DNA of 63,563 nucleotides, counting the filler, from Deltaproteobacteria bacterium (GTDB lineage Bacteria; Myxococcota; JACRCW01), in NCBI GenBank assembly GCA_016218805.1. It is 4 parts of 4 records of this genome, joined end to end, with 100 filler letters (N's around TTAATTAATTAA, not from the genome) between each part and the next. Parts side by side here need not be neighbours in the genome. Positions count along the whole stretch, not along the records: positions 1 to 25,465 come from JACRCW010000057.1; 3 more parts are not named here. One strand, given 5' to 3'. Below are positions 9,238-19,567 of the stretch, piece by piece. The notes below the pieces were generated by a model. The model was not told the origin of the DNA, searched no databases, and saw only the letters and a list, made by a program, of their open reading frames with translations. A program made the position numbers and the translations under genes. Within the stretch, counting starts at the first letter, position 1; the number at the start of each line of letters is the position of its first letter.

Positions 9238-10211
9238 TCATTTCCCGCTCACCGCTGCGCATCTCGCTGGGCGGCGGCGGCACAGACCTGCCCTCGTACT
9301 ACCGTGACCACGGCGGCTTCCTCGTGGCCGGGGCCATCAACCGGTACGTGTACGTGAACCTGGTGGAGACCTTCACGCGGGAGATGCTCATCCGCTACTC
9401 GCAGCACGAGGTGGTGAAGCACCCGCGTGACATCCGCCACCCGATCATCCGCCACGCGCTGCTGCAGCACGGCGTGGAGGGCCCCAACCTGGAAATCACC
9501 ACCATTGCTGACATTCCGGCGGGCACGGGCCTGGGCTCGTCTGGGAGCTTCACCACGGCGCTGCTCAAGGCCATCTACAAACACAAGATGGCGTTTGTCT
9601 CCCCGCGGGACCTGGCCGAGGAGGCGTGCCACATTGAGATTGACCTGCTGTCCGAACCGGTGGGCAAGCAGGACCAGTACATTGCCGCATTTGGCGGTCT
9701 TACCGTGTTTGAGTTCCACCCGGACGGGCGCGTGGACGCGCGCCCGCTGCGCGTGCCGCTGGACCGCGTGCGTGACATGGAGGACCACTTCCTGCTGTTC
9801 TCCACGGGACAGACGCGCGCGGCGTCAGACATCCTGCGCGAGCAGGACAACAAGTCCAAGGCGCAGGACCCGTCCATGGTGGACAACCTGCACTACATCA
9901 AGGAGTTGGGGCACCGGAGCGCGGAGGCGCTGGAGGCTGGGGACCTGGAGCGGTTTGGCCTGCTGATGCATGACCACTGGGAGCACAAGAAGCGGCGCTC
10001 CGCGCGCATGTCCAACCCGGACATTGACCGCTGGTATGACCTGGGCCGGCAGCACGGCGCCGTTGGGGGCAAGCTCATTGGCGCCGGCGGCGGCGGGTTC
10101 CTGATGTTCTACACGGAGCAACCCGCGCGCCTGCGCCGCGCCATGCGCGCCGAAGGACTGGGCGAGTTGCGTTTCAACTTTGACTTCGAGGGGACCAAGA
10201 TCCTCTCCTGA
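9234..10211 (+). CDS. GHMP kinase, D-glycero-D-manno-heptose-7-phosphate kinase (HddA-like)
   Basis: PLRISLGGGGTD, DIPAGTGLGSSG, GKQDQY, GGKLIGAGGGG. Confidence 0.9.
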   Translation: MIISRSPLRISLGGGGTDLPSYYRDHGGFLVAGAINRYVYVNLVETFTREMLIRYSQHEVVKHPRDIRHPIIRHALLQHGVEGPNLEITTIADIPAGTGLGSSGSFTTALLKAIYKHKMAFVSPRDLAEEACHIEIDLLSEPVGKQDQYIAAFGGLTVFEFHPDGRVDARPLRVPLDRVRDMEDHFLLFSTGQTRAASDILREQDNKSKAQDPSMVDNLHYIKELGHRSAEALEAGDLERFGLLMHDHWEHKKRRSARMSNPDIDRWYDLGRQHGAVGGKLIGAGGGGFLMFYTEQPARLRRAMRAEGLGELRFNFDFEGTKILS

Positions 10212-10225
10212 CCCACGGGATACCG

Positions 10226-10906
10226 ATGACGCTGCAGGCGGGCGACCTCACGGTCGCGATGATCACCATGAACGAGGAAGGCGCCGTGGCCCGCGTCATT
10301 GACGACATCCGCGCGGTAGCGCCCGCCGCAGAGATCCTCATTGTGGATTCCAGCAAGGACCGCACGCCGGAGATTGCCGAGGAGAAGGGCGCGCGGGTCA
10401 TCCGGCAGTTCCCGCCCAAGGGCTACGGCCCCGCCATGGACCTGGCGCTGCGCAGCGCGGCCGGCCGCGTGGTGATCACCATGGACTGCGACGGCACCTA
10501 CCCGGCGGAGCGCATCCCGGAGCTGGCCAAGCTGGTCCTGCAGGACGGTTATGACGTCGTGGATGCAAGCCGCCTGGGCATGAAGCCAGACGCCATGCCG
10601 TGGGCCAACTACCTGGGGAACCTGCTGTTCGCGCTGCTGGCATCCGTGCTGTTCGGCAAGCACATCACGGACCTGCACTCCGGCATGCGCGCGTACCGCA
10701 AGTCCATGATTGATTCCCTGCGCTACGAGCCGCGCGGCGCGGCCCTCCCTGTGGAACTGCTGCTGCGCCCGCTGCGGGACGGCTTCCGTCTCAAGGTGGT
10801 GTTCATTGACTACAAGGACCGCATTGGCCAGAGCACCATGCGGCCGCTGCAGACGTCCTGGTGGACAGTGAAGCGCATCCTGCGCGTCCGGCTTGGGCTG
10901 GGGTGA
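10226..10906 (+). CDS. GT2 glycosyltransferase (DPM1-like)
   Basis: ITMNEE, ILIVDSSKD, KGYG, MDCDGTYP, DLHSGMRAY. Confidence 0.9.
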   Translation: MTLQAGDLTVAMITMNEEGAVARVIDDIRAVAPAAEILIVDSSKDRTPEIAEEKGARVIRQFPPKGYGPAMDLALRSAAGRVVITMDCDGTYPAERIPELAKLVLQDGYDVVDASRLGMKPDAMPWANYLGNLLFALLASVLFGKHITDLHSGMRAYRKSMIDSLRYEPRGAALPVELLLRPLRDGFRLKVVFIDYKDRIGQSTMRPLQTSWWTVKRILRVRLGLG

Positions 10907-10911
10907 GCCTC

Positions 10912-12195
10912 ATGCGCGTGGGCATCCTGGGCGGGGGCATCACCGGCATCGCGCTGCAGCGGTTCCTGCGGCACCCGTCGGAAGTCCTGGAGGCGGCGCC
11001 GTCCATCGGCGGTCTTTGTCGTACTTACTGGAAGGACGGCTTTGGGTACGACCTGGGCGGGCACATCCTGTTCAGCAAGAACGAGCGCATCAACCAGCTT
11101 GTTGACGACGTGCTGGGCGACAACCTCAACCGCTGCCGGCGCGCGAACAAGATTTTCTACAAGGGGCGCTTCCTCAAGTACCCATTTGAGAACGACCTGG
11201 CGGCGCTGGGTCCCGAGGAGGCGTACGAGTGCCTCATCGGCTACCTCAAGCACAGCCATCCGCCGCCGCGCACCAACCTGCGCGAGTGGGCGTACCACGT
11301 GTTCGGCAGCGGCATCGCCGAGAAGTACTTCATTCCGTACAACGAGAAGATCTGGAACATCTCCGCGGACCAGCTTTCATTGGAGTTTGTGGAGCGCATT
11401 CCCAAGCCGCCCATGGAGGACGTGGTCAAGAGCGCGCTGGGGATTCCCACTGAGGGCTACCTGCACCAGCTCTACTTCCGCTACCCGCGCACCGGCGGCA
11501 CGGAATCCCTGGTCCACGCATTGCGCCGCCCCGACGGGGAAGTGACCACCGGCTACCGCGTGACCGCCATTCGCCGCACGGGTGCGGGCTGGGAGGTCAC
11601 GGACGGCAACACCCCGCGGACGTTTGACCGCATCGTGGTGGCGTTCCCGATCCACGACGCGCTGCCGTGCTTTGAGAGCGTGCCGGACGACGTGCAGCGT
11701 GCCGTGGCCGGGCTCCGCTACAACTCCATGCGCATTGTGCTGGTGGGGGTGCATGACACCTCCCTGATGGACTTCAGCGCGGTGTACATCCCGGACCCCT
11801 CCGTGGTGACCCACCGCATCTGCGCTATGGGCTTCTTCAGCCCCACGCTGGTGCCCGCGGGGAAGAGCAGCATCATTGCGGAGATCACCACCAACCCCGG
11901 TGACGGCGTCCACGAACTCTCCGACGAGGAAGTGACCCGCCGCACCGTGGCCGACCTGCACCGCGTGGGCTTGGTGGACAAGGCCAAGGTGGTCACCACC
12001 GACGTCACGCGCCTCAAATACGGCTACCCGGTGCAGGACCTGGTCTACACGCGGCACCGCGCCACGCTGCACGCGTGGGCGGCCTCCCTTGGCGTGCCGC
12101 TGTGCGGCCGGTTTGCCGAGTTTGACTACATCAACACGGACGAGTGCCTCCGCCGCGCCATGGCACTGGCGGACCGCCTCAACGCGGAAGCGTGA
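10912..12195 (+). CDS. FAD-dependent oxidoreductase (HemY/UDP-galactopyranose mutase-like, polysaccharide-locus type)
   Basis: ILGGGITG, GGLCRT, DLGGHILFS, FRYP..GG, GRFAEFDY. Confidence 0.85.
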   Translation: MRVGILGGGITGIALQRFLRHPSEVLEAAPSIGGLCRTYWKDGFGYDLGGHILFSKNERINQLVDDVLGDNLNRCRRANKIFYKGRFLKYPFENDLAALGPEEAYECLIGYLKHSHPPPRTNLREWAYHVFGSGIAEKYFIPYNEKIWNISADQLSLEFVERIPKPPMEDVVKSALGIPTEGYLHQLYFRYPRTGGTESLVHALRRPDGEVTTGYRVTAIRRTGAGWEVTDGNTPRTFDRIVVAFPIHDALPCFESVPDDVQRAVAGLRYNSMRIVLVGVHDTSLMDFSAVYIPDPSVVTHRICAMGFFSPTLVPAGKSSIIAEITTNPGDGVHELSDEEVTRRTVADLHRVGLVDKAKVVTTDVTRLKYGYPVQDLVYTRHRATLHAWAASLGVPLCGRFAEFDYINTDECLRRAMALADRLNAEA

Positions 12196-12265
12196 GCACG
12201 CCGCACCCGCCGTGGGCAACCCGGGCGCGTGGTATGTCCCCGTCACAACGTCCACGGAGGCCGTC

Positions 12266-13834
12266 ATGACCGCAAGACGAGTTGGCACTGCGTCGTCGAT
12301 CTCCATTGCACTTGCGGCGGGCCTTTGGGCCACGGGGTGTCCCAAGGAGGAGGAGAAGAAGGAGCCGGAGCCTTGTACCGCGGGCACGGAATGCGAGGGT
12401 GGCAAGGCGTGCGAAACGGTGGCGGGGACAGCCGACACGGTCTGCACGGACCCCGTGTTTGTCGAGGGTCAGGTCGTGAGCTCGGCGGGCGGCGCGGCCG
12501 TTACGGCGGCACAGGTGCTGCTGCTGGACAACACCGGCGCACCGTACACCGCCCCCGCAACCACCGGCGCTGACGGCACGTACAGCATCCGCGTGCGCGT
12601 GGAACGCAGCGCCGCGGGCGCCCCGCAGGCGCGCGCGTTCACGCTCCGCGCGGCGGCGCAGGGGTTTGAGACGTTCCCCACCGCCCCGCGACGCGCGCTC
12701 CCCATTGACGCGGCCGACGCGGTGCTGGCCAACGGCAAGTGGGTGGTCAGCGGGGATCTCACGCACATTGAGCTGGACCCGCTCGCAGCCGCGGGACTCG
12801 GGAGCATCAGCGGGAGCATCACGGGCGTGGATGACGTGGCGCTGCGCGGCGGCGTGCTGGTGACCCTGACGGGCGCGGCCGGCGCCAGCACCGGGCTGGT
12901 GGCCCTGACCCTTCCCGACGGCGCGTTCACCCTCCACAACGTCCCGGCCGGCACGTACACCGTGCGCGGCTACAGCGCGGGACTGCAGCTGACACCCGCG
13001 GCGGACGTCGTGGTCGCCGCGTCCGCCAACGTGGAGAACGTGCCCCTGGCCAAGGCGGCAGCGCCAACGGGCACCGTCAACGGCAGCATCACGCCCGTGG
13101 CGGGCGGCTGTACGCTGGGCACCAGCGTGGTGCTGGTCCCGCGCGAAACGATGCCGCCAGGTACCACCTTCCCGCTGACCGCAGTCTCCGCCATCCGTGG
13201 CGAGGTGCCGCGCGGCCTGCGCGCCCCGGGCCCACCGGCCCCGCCCAACATCACGGGCAGCTACGCGATCTCCGGCGTGCCCGACGGCACCTACGAGGTC
13301 CTGGCCGCCTGGGAGAACGATCCCGACCCGTGCGTGTTCGATCCGTCCGGCATTGCCGGTGCGTTCTATGTCAGCGAGACGACGGTGCCCGCGACGTCCG
13401 GCAGCCGGGACGTGACGCTGGATGCGTTCAAGGTGACCGGTGCGGTCAGCATCACCGGCCCGGGCGCGGGGGACGGGATCGAACAGCTCGCGACGACGAC
13501 CACGACCTTCAACTGGCAGGCCTATTCGTCCTCCAAGAACTACCAGCTGGCGGTGTTTGACGCCGCGGGGCGCCGCGTGTGGGCCACCACAGCATGCGCC
13601 GACGCGGCCAGTTCCTGCAGCACGACATCCCTGACCTACGGGACCGCGGGCGGGGGAACCACCCAACCCGCCACGGCACCGGCGCTGGCGGCGGACAGCG
13701 TCTACCAGTGGCGCGTCATCGCCATCGGGACGCGCAACGGCGCCACCTGCGGGTTCCCCGGCATGGAACTCACCCAGGACCGCGAATGCATCTCGATCAG
13801 CGAGGACCAGCGCGGCCTGTTCCGCACGCCGTGA
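12266..13834 (+). CDS. Secreted lipoprotein with carboxypeptidase-regulatory-like (Ig/prealbumin) domains
   Basis: Signal ending in WATGC; repeated T.ADG.Y / NVPAGTYTV / GVPDGTYEV beta-sandwich motifs. Confidence 0.75.
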   Translation: MTARRVGTASSISIALAAGLWATGCPKEEEKKEPEPCTAGTECEGGKACETVAGTADTVCTDPVFVEGQVVSSAGGAAVTAAQVLLLDNTGAPYTAPATTGADGTYSIRVRVERSAAGAPQARAFTLRAAAQGFETFPTAPRRALPIDAADAVLANGKWVVSGDLTHIELDPLAAAGLGSISGSITGVDDVALRGGVLVTLTGAAGASTGLVALTLPDGAFTLHNVPAGTYTVRGYSAGLQLTPAADVVVAASANVENVPLAKAAAPTGTVNGSITPVAGGCTLGTSVVLVPRETMPPGTTFPLTAVSAIRGEVPRGLRAPGPPAPPNITGSYAISGVPDGTYEVLAAWENDPDPCVFDPSGIAGAFYVSETTVPATSGSRDVTLDAFKVTGAVSITGPGAGDGIEQLATTTTTFNWQAYSSSKNYQLAVFDAAGRRVWATTACADAASSCSTTSLTYGTAGGGTTQPATAPALAADSVYQWRVIAIGTRNGATCGFPGMELTQDRECISISEDQRGLFRTP

Positions 13835-13837
13835 GGC

Positions 13838-15394
13838 TCAGAAACAGTTCCGCCCACCTTCCAGCTGGAACTTGATGACGGTGCCCCAGGCGCCCTTCCC
13901 ACCGACGATGAGGCCGCCCGCACAACCGGGACGCCACGCCGCGTGGTTCAGGTTGGCCTGCGAGGGCGCAGCGAACGGCGACACGCCGAAGTTGGGGATG
14001 GACACCTCGGTGAGATCGCAGTTGGAGGAGAGGGGTTGCACGCAGGAGTAGTGGTCGTGCCGGTACTCCAGCACCGTGCCGAACCGCGGCGTACCGGAGA
14101 TGTCCATGGCCTGCCCGTACACCAGTGCGCGGGCGCCGTCCGGAGCAAACGCTGCGCCCCACAGCGCGCGCGTGGAGAAACGCGGGGCCGTGCCGTAGCT
14201 GTTCATCTGTTCGTGCTGGAAGCGGTAGAGGGCGCGCCCGGACCAGGACACGGCCAGTGCGTAGTCTCCACTGGGATGCGCGGTGACCACGGACGTATTC
14301 CCCAGCAGGTTGTTCCCCAGGTCCTCCCGCCACTGGCCCACGCCGGCCACTTCAGACCAGAACAGCGCGTCATAGCCATTGGTTCCGCACACGACGAGAA
14401 TGCCCGGGTTTCCCAGCGCGCCATGCACAAACGCCAGGTCCGCACAGCCCGCGCTGGTGGCCCGCGCGCCCAGCAGCGTCCACGTGTTGGCGGCGACGTC
14501 CAGCCGCCGCAGCGCCATGGTGTAGTTGCCGCCGCCCTGTTCCGTCTGGAACAGCAGCGCCGGCTCGCCCCCGTCCGACGGGTACTTCACGGACATCACG
14601 CCGCTGGAGGCGGGCACGCCGGACCGGAACGTGAACAGCACCGCCGGGTCCGTCTCACCGGCAAGCCACTGGTCAAACGCAAAGTCCAACACCACCCCGC
14701 GCTTCACGCCGGAGGCAATCTCGTAACCGGTAAGAAGCGCAAACCCGCCCGCCGGCTCAAACGCAAGCCCGGTGAAGTACAGCGACGCGGACGCGTGCAC
14801 GTCGTACCGGTGGTCCGCGCCCACCACGAAGTCATACACGTGCACGATGTTGTAGGACTCCAGCACCACGGCCGCGCTGCCGGACGGATGGAACGCCACC
14901 GCGCGGGCCTCAGCGAGACCCCCGATGGGCAGTGGCGAATAGAGGTAGGAACCGGGCGAGTCCGCCGTGGGGTACACCACCGCCGCATCGGGCGCGCCGG
15001 CATCCCAGCCCGCGTCCCACCCGGCATCCACCCCGGCGTCAAGACCGGCATCCACGCCCGCATCTCTCCCGGCGTCCCAACCTGCGTCGTTCCCTGCGTC
15101 GCTCCCGGCGTCGCTCCCGGCGTCACGCCCCGCGTCGTGCCCCGCGTCCACGCCGGCGTCCCATCCGGCGTCCACGCCACCGTCCCATCCCGCGTCCACG
15201 CCAGCGTCCACGGACGCATCCGGCCGGTGGATCACCGAGGCGTCCACGCCGGCGTCACCGCCCGCATCAAAGCGCTGCAGCGACGCATCCTGGGCGTCAT
15301 CCAGGTTCTCGTCGGAACGGGAGGCAGGGCACCCCGCGCAGGACGCGGCAAATGAGAGGAACAGGAAGCCTGAGCGAACAAGCGGGCTGGGCAT
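13838..15394 (-). CDS. Secreted protein with DAG-repeat linker and C-terminal beta-propeller
   Basis: Signal ending in SCAGC, about 19 DAGx units, then AVAFHPSG / AAFAPDG / AAWRPG blades. Confidence 0.75.
   Translation of the reverse strand: MPSPLVRSGFLFLSFAASCAGCPASRSDENLDDAQDASLQRFDAGGDAGVDASVIHRPDASVDAGVDAGWDGGVDAGWDAGVDAGHDAGRDAGSDAGSDAGNDAGWDAGRDAGVDAGLDAGVDAGWDAGWDAGAPDAAVVYPTADSPGSYLYSPLPIGGLAEARAVAFHPSGSAAVVLESYNIVHVYDFVVGADHRYDVHASASLYFTGLAFEPAGGFALLTGYEIASGVKRGVVLDFAFDQWLAGETDPAVLFTFRSGVPASSGVMSVKYPSDGGEPALLFQTEQGGGNYTMALRRLDVAANTWTLLGARATSAGCADLAFVHGALGNPGILVVCGTNGYDALFWSEVAGVGQWREDLGNNLLGNTSVVTAHPSGDYALAVSWSGRALYRFQHEQMNSYGTAPRFSTRALWGAAFAPDGARALVYGQAMDISGTPRFGTVLEYRHDHYSCVQPLSSNCDLTEVSIPNFGVSPFAAPSQANLNHAAWRPGCAGGLIVGGKGAWGTVIKFQLEGGRNCF
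14993..15220 (-). repeat. 12-bp coding tandem repeat (DAGx)n
   Basis: DASV DAGV DAGW DGGV DAGW ... DAGA, about 19 units. Confidence 0.9.
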
Positions 15395-15399
15395 GGACC

Positions 15400-16494
15400 T
15401 CACCGTACGCACACGCGTGGCTGGGACACATCCACGAGGGTGCAGGTGTAGCCGGCAGGGCACGGCTGGGGGTCCGCCACGTCACAGAACGCAGTGCAGT
15501 ACCCCGTGTTGGTGGTGCTTTCGGTCAGGCACGTCCCGCTGAGGCACGCATTGAGGCCTGATGCGTTCACCGTGCACGCAGCGCCCACGGGCGCGCAGGC
15601 ACGGATGGCGGAGAGGTTGCCGTTCTCGTCCAGCACGGCGACGGGCCCACACGCAGACCCCGCCGGGCAGTCCGCGGTCTGCCGGCAGCGCCATGAGCAG
15701 CCGGTGGCACCGTCACCCTTGAGGCACACCTGTCCGACGCAATCCGCGGGCACCGCACAGGCCTGCTCCCAGTCCGCCACCACGCACAACCGGTCCGTGC
15801 CGATGTCCAGGCACGCGTAGCCCTGCGGGAAACCGGGTGGGTTGCAGGAGCGGTAGTCCGTGCAGAACTCGGTGCAATAGCCGCGCGTGCCGCTGCCCAG
15901 GCACAGGCCGTTGCAACAGCCGGACGCGCCGGTGCAGCTGTCCCCCAGCAGGCCATTGTCCCGTCCCTGGCAGAGGTCCGGCGCGGAGGATGACAGCGGC
16001 GCGGCGGACGACGACGCTGCGGCAGCGCTGGAGGGGGGAGCCGGCTGGCTGGTTCCCGGCGCGGCGCTGGACGAGACGGGCGGCGGGCCGGACGTGGCGA
16101 CGGACGACGACGAACCGGGACTGCCACCGTCTGGCAGCGAGCGGCCGCACAGCCCGTTGGTGCAGTGCAATCCGTCGGGACAGGCGGCCTGGTTCTCACA
16201 CGGGACACTGGAGGACATGCAGCGGCCCCGCAGGCACAGCTCACCAATGCGGCAGTCTCCGTCCTCGGCGCAGGACGCCGGCACCACGCATACGCCGGAC
16301 AGGCACGTCCGCTGGTTCACGCAGTCGCGGTCGGTGTTGCACGCGGTGATGCACTGCTCGGACTGGCACACGTCCCCGGCGGCGCAGTCCTGGTTGCTGC
16401 GGCAGGTGCGGGACACCGCCCACGGCGGCGTGCACGCGGCCAGGGCGCAGACGGCGAGCAGGGACGGCAACCCGCGGGGCAGGACGGCGAACAT
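15400..16494 (-). CDS. Cys-rich (Dickkopf/EGF-like repeat) lipoprotein
   Basis: Lipobox LAAC; many C-x3-DC-x4-C repeats; Ser/Pro linker. Confidence 0.75.
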   Translation of the reverse strand: MFAVLPRGLPSLLAVCALAACTPPWAVSRTCRSNQDCAAGDVCQSEQCITACNTDRDCVNQRTCLSGVCVVPASCAEDGDCRIGELCLRGRCMSSSVPCENQAACPDGLHCTNGLCGRSLPDGGSPGSSSSVATSGPPPVSSSAAPGTSQPAPPSSAAAASSSAAPLSSSAPDLCQGRDNGLLGDSCTGASGCCNGLCLGSGTRGYCTEFCTDYRSCNPPGFPQGYACLDIGTDRLCVVADWEQACAVPADCVGQVCLKGDGATGCSWRCRQTADCPAGSACGPVAVLDENGNLSAIRACAPVGAACTVNASGLNACLSGTCLTESTTNTGYCTAFCDVADPQPCPAGYTCTLVDVSQPRVCVR

Positions 16495-16541
16495 GGCGCC
16501 CCCGTATCCGCCCGCACGCGGACCGGCAAGGGGCCGCGTCG

Positions 16542-17549
16542 TCACATCTTGCAGACGTAGCTGCTGCTGCCCGCGTTGAGCGGTGCGCACGAATACGACG
16601 GAGGGCAGTCCGCCTGGCTGCGGCAGTACCCGGTGCAATATTGGTCCCCGCTGGCGGCTGCCAGGCACAACGCGGTGTGGCACTGCGCCGCTCCGCCCGG
16701 GCACGGCGCACCGACGGGCGCGCAGAACTTCAGCAACGGATCGGACGGGTGGAACACGCAGCCGTAACCTTGCGGGCAGCGGTTGGTGTCGGGGCATTCG
16801 GCCGTGCATTGGCCTCCGGTGTTGGTGCCGGGGAGGAGCAGGCACAGGTGATCCGCGCACGGGCTGGAGTCATCACACGGGGAGCCCACGTCATTGGCCG
16901 CGCACAATGAGCGCCCGGGATCCACCCACGCGCTGCACAGGTCCGTCCCCGGGCAATCATGCACGGAGGTGCAGGCGCGCGTGCACACGCGGGCCCGGCC
17001 GGCCCCGGCGGTGGCGCAGATGCCGCTCACACACTGTGCATCGCACGTGCAGTCCTGTCCGTAGCTGAGGGAACCGCCCGGGCATCCACCCGCGTCCGTC
17101 GTGGTCACGCCGGCATCCGGGACGGGGTGGCCCGCATCATGCGCGGTGCCCGCGTCGGCGGGTGGCGGGGCCGCATCCGGCGTGCCCCCGTCGGACAGCG
17201 CGCGTCCGCACACGCCGCTGACGCAGTACAACTCCAACGGGCAATCCCGGTCAGACTGGCAGAAGGTGTCCTGCGGGCGGCACTGGCGGGCAAGGCACAA
17301 CTCGCCGGTGCGGCAGTCCTCATCCACCTGGCAGGGCGCGGGCACCACGCACACGGACTGCTGGCAGACCCGTTGGTCCGGGCAGTCCGCGTCCGCCACG
17401 CAACCGTCCACGCACTGCCCCGCCTGGCAGATGTTTCCCGCCGGGCAATCCTGCACGCTGCGGCACGAGCGCGTCTCCAGCGGCCGGCACGCCCCCCACG
17501 CCACGGCGACGACGCCGGCGGCCAGCGCAAGGGTGCGGTGCCAGGACAT
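16542..17549 (-). CDS. Cys-rich lipoprotein, paralog of 15400-16494
   Basis: Lipobox WGAC; same Cys spacing; DAG linker. Confidence 0.75.
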   Translation of the reverse strand: MSWHRTLALAAGVVAVAWGACRPLETRSCRSVQDCPAGNICQAGQCVDGCVADADCPDQRVCQQSVCVVPAPCQVDEDCRTGELCLARQCRPQDTFCQSDRDCPLELYCVSGVCGRALSDGGTPDAAPPPADAGTAHDAGHPVPDAGVTTTDAGGCPGGSLSYGQDCTCDAQCVSGICATAGAGRARVCTRACTSVHDCPGTDLCSAWVDPGRSLCAANDVGSPCDDSSPCADHLCLLLPGTNTGGQCTAECPDTNRCPQGYGCVFHPSDPLLKFCAPVGAPCPGGAAQCHTALCLAAASGDQYCTGYCRSQADCPPSYSCAPLNAGSSSYVCKM

Positions 17550-17595
17550 GCGCCGCCTTCCATCACGCGGATTGTCCGACGTCAACCGCGCTTGT

Positions 17596-18105
17596 TCACT
17601 CGGACGGGGGCGGGCGCCCCACCACGTCCCGCCACGGTTGCCCGTCGAGCAACAGGTCCTCGATGATCACCTCGCCGCGGCTGGACACGGCGACGCGGAT
17701 GGTCGCGCGCTTCTCGCGGATGGCGCGCTCCAGCGGCCCGCCCATGTCCTCCGGGATGAAGTACTGGTTCACGGTGCGCGCGGACTCCGGGTTGATGAAC
17801 GCCTGGCACGCGGACATCTCCGTGCACGCCACGTGGTGGACCCACGGCCGGTCGGGCTCCGCGTTCTCGCCGAAGCACACGCAGCAGCCTTCTTCCCCGG
17901 GGGTGCACGCGCCCCCGAAGCCGCCGCTCCAACGCACGCGGAAGCGCAGGTACTGACCGCGCAACAGGTCGCGCGGGTCATAGCCTTCAATGTCCAGCAC
18001 GTAGTGGCGCCCCTGCGCAATGATGACCTCAGCGCGCAGCACCATGGCCGCCAGCACCACAACGGGCAGCGCCAGCACGACGACACGACGGACGGTGGCA
18101 GTCAC
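17596..18105 (-). CDS. GDYXXLXY-domain membrane-anchored protein
   Basis: YDPRDLLRGQYLRF and YFIPE motifs; coupled to a DUF2157 gene. Confidence 0.85.
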   Translation of the reverse strand: MTATVRRVVVLALPVVVLAAMVLRAEVIIAQGRHYVLDIEGYDPRDLLRGQYLRFRVRWSGGFGGACTPGEEGCCVCFGENAEPDRPWVHHVACTEMSACQAFINPESARTVNQYFIPEDMGGPLERAIREKRATIRVAVSSRGEVIIEDLLLDGQPWRDVVGRPPPSE

Positions 18106-19265
18106 GGCGCACCTCCCGGCGTGCGCATGGTGGCCCGCCACTGACGCGTCTGGTTCATCCACAGCCGCGCCATGCCCAGGATGGCCGCACCGCCCAGGAC
18201 CAGGCCAAACCCGGTGAGCAGCAGACCGCCAAACAGTTCAATGAAGATGCCGAGCAGGCGCAGGGCCATCACCGCGGTGGCCAGGTTGAACAGCCACACC
18301 TGCCGCCGCCGGTACGCGTACCACGCAATCACCGCGAGGTAACCGAGGAAGGACACGGCGGACAGCAGGCCCAGGCGCGGGTGCTCGACGAGGAAGGGGA
18401 GGTACCCGGCGGCCACCGCGTAGACCAGCAACACGCGCCAGCACAGGCGTTGCGCGTCATCTTCAAACCGGCGCGCCGCGCCCACCCACACCAGCGCCAC
18501 CATTCCGGCCACCGCCACCAGTGACACCCGCACGGCGTTCACGGTGTCGTCCCCCGCCGAGGTCCTCTCGTACCACGCATGCTGCATGGCCCCGGACGCG
18601 CACAGCACCACCATGAACCCCGCGGCCTCCATGACCTGGGACAGTGCGGGGCGCTGCTCGCGCAGCCTGGACGCCCACGCCAGCCGCAGGTGCAGCAGGG
18701 GCAGCACGCCGGCCGTGCACGCAATGATCAGCTCCTCAGTGAAGCGGCCCAGGTGCGCGCGGTCCAGCCATTCGCCCAGCGTGGTCAGTGCGCCGGCATT
18801 GAGCGCGGTGAGCAGCGCCACCGCGGTGACGTGGGACCGGCCCAAAACCAGCATCATGGGCGTGGTCATCAGCGCCCATGCCAGCAGCGCCTGCCATGCC
18901 TTCCCGCCCAGGTGGTAGGTCTGGCCAATCAGCCCCACGGACGCCAGCACCAGCAGTTGCAGGATGATGAGCGCCACTTCGCGCGCCCAGGCCTTCCCGG
19001 CGCGGTCCGCCAGGAACACGTAGCGCGCCAGCCACGCCACCACGGCCAGGTCCACGGCCAGCTTCACGCCGCGCGGGATGTCCGCCCAGTTGGCCGCAAT
19101 CATGGAGATGATGCCCAGCCCCACGGCCAGCGCGCCAATGCCGCCAATGACGTACAGCGCGTACGGGCGGGACCGGGATTCTTCGTAGGCCTCAATGCGC
19201 TCCACGGTGGAAGCGTCCAGCAGGCCCGCACGCTGCCACTCATGGAGTTTCCGTTTGAGCGCCAT
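18102..19265 (-). CDS. DUF2157 membrane protein
   Basis: W..AGLL, IAANWADIP, LIGQTYHL, multiple TM segments. Confidence 0.87.
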   Translation of the reverse strand: MALKRKLHEWQRAGLLDASTVERIEAYEESRSRPYALYVIGGIGALAVGLGIISMIAANWADIPRGVKLAVDLAVVAWLARYVFLADRAGKAWAREVALIILQLLVLASVGLIGQTYHLGGKAWQALLAWALMTTPMMLVLGRSHVTAVALLTALNAGALTTLGEWLDRAHLGRFTEELIIACTAGVLPLLHLRLAWASRLREQRPALSQVMEAAGFMVVLCASGAMQHAWYERTSAGDDTVNAVRVSLVAVAGMVALVWVGAARRFEDDAQRLCWRVLLVYAVAAGYLPFLVEHPRLGLLSAVSFLGYLAVIAWYAYRRRQVWLFNLATAVMALRLLGIFIELFGGLLLTGFGLVLGGAAILGMARLWMNQTRQWRATMRTPGGAP

Positions 19266-19274
19266 GTCCCCTCC

Positions 19275-19502
19275 TCAGGGCACCGCCAGCACCGCGCGCG
19301 CCGACGGCACGCGCTCCTTCACCGCCCGCATCACAATGTGCAGCAGGGTGTGCTCGCGCGCGGGGCACTCCCGGCAGGCGCCGTGGAGGCGGACGCGGAT
19401 CACCCCGTCATTCACCTCCACCAGCTCCACGTCCCCGCCGTCCGCCAGTAACGCGGGCCGGGTCTGGTCCAGGGCCGCCAGCACTTCCTCCCACGTCTCC
19501 AT
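19275..19502 (-). CDS. NifU-domain protein
   Basis: RPALLADGGDVELV..VRLHGACRECP. Confidence 0.88.
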   Translation of the reverse strand: METWEEVLAALDQTRPALLADGGDVELVEVNDGVIRVRLHGACRECPAREHTLLHIVMRAVKERVPSARAVLAVP

Positions 19503-19567
19503 GCCCGGCTTGTCCCATGGCGACGACGGCGTTGCCAAGGCAGCCTTGGCGGTTCCACACTGCGCGC

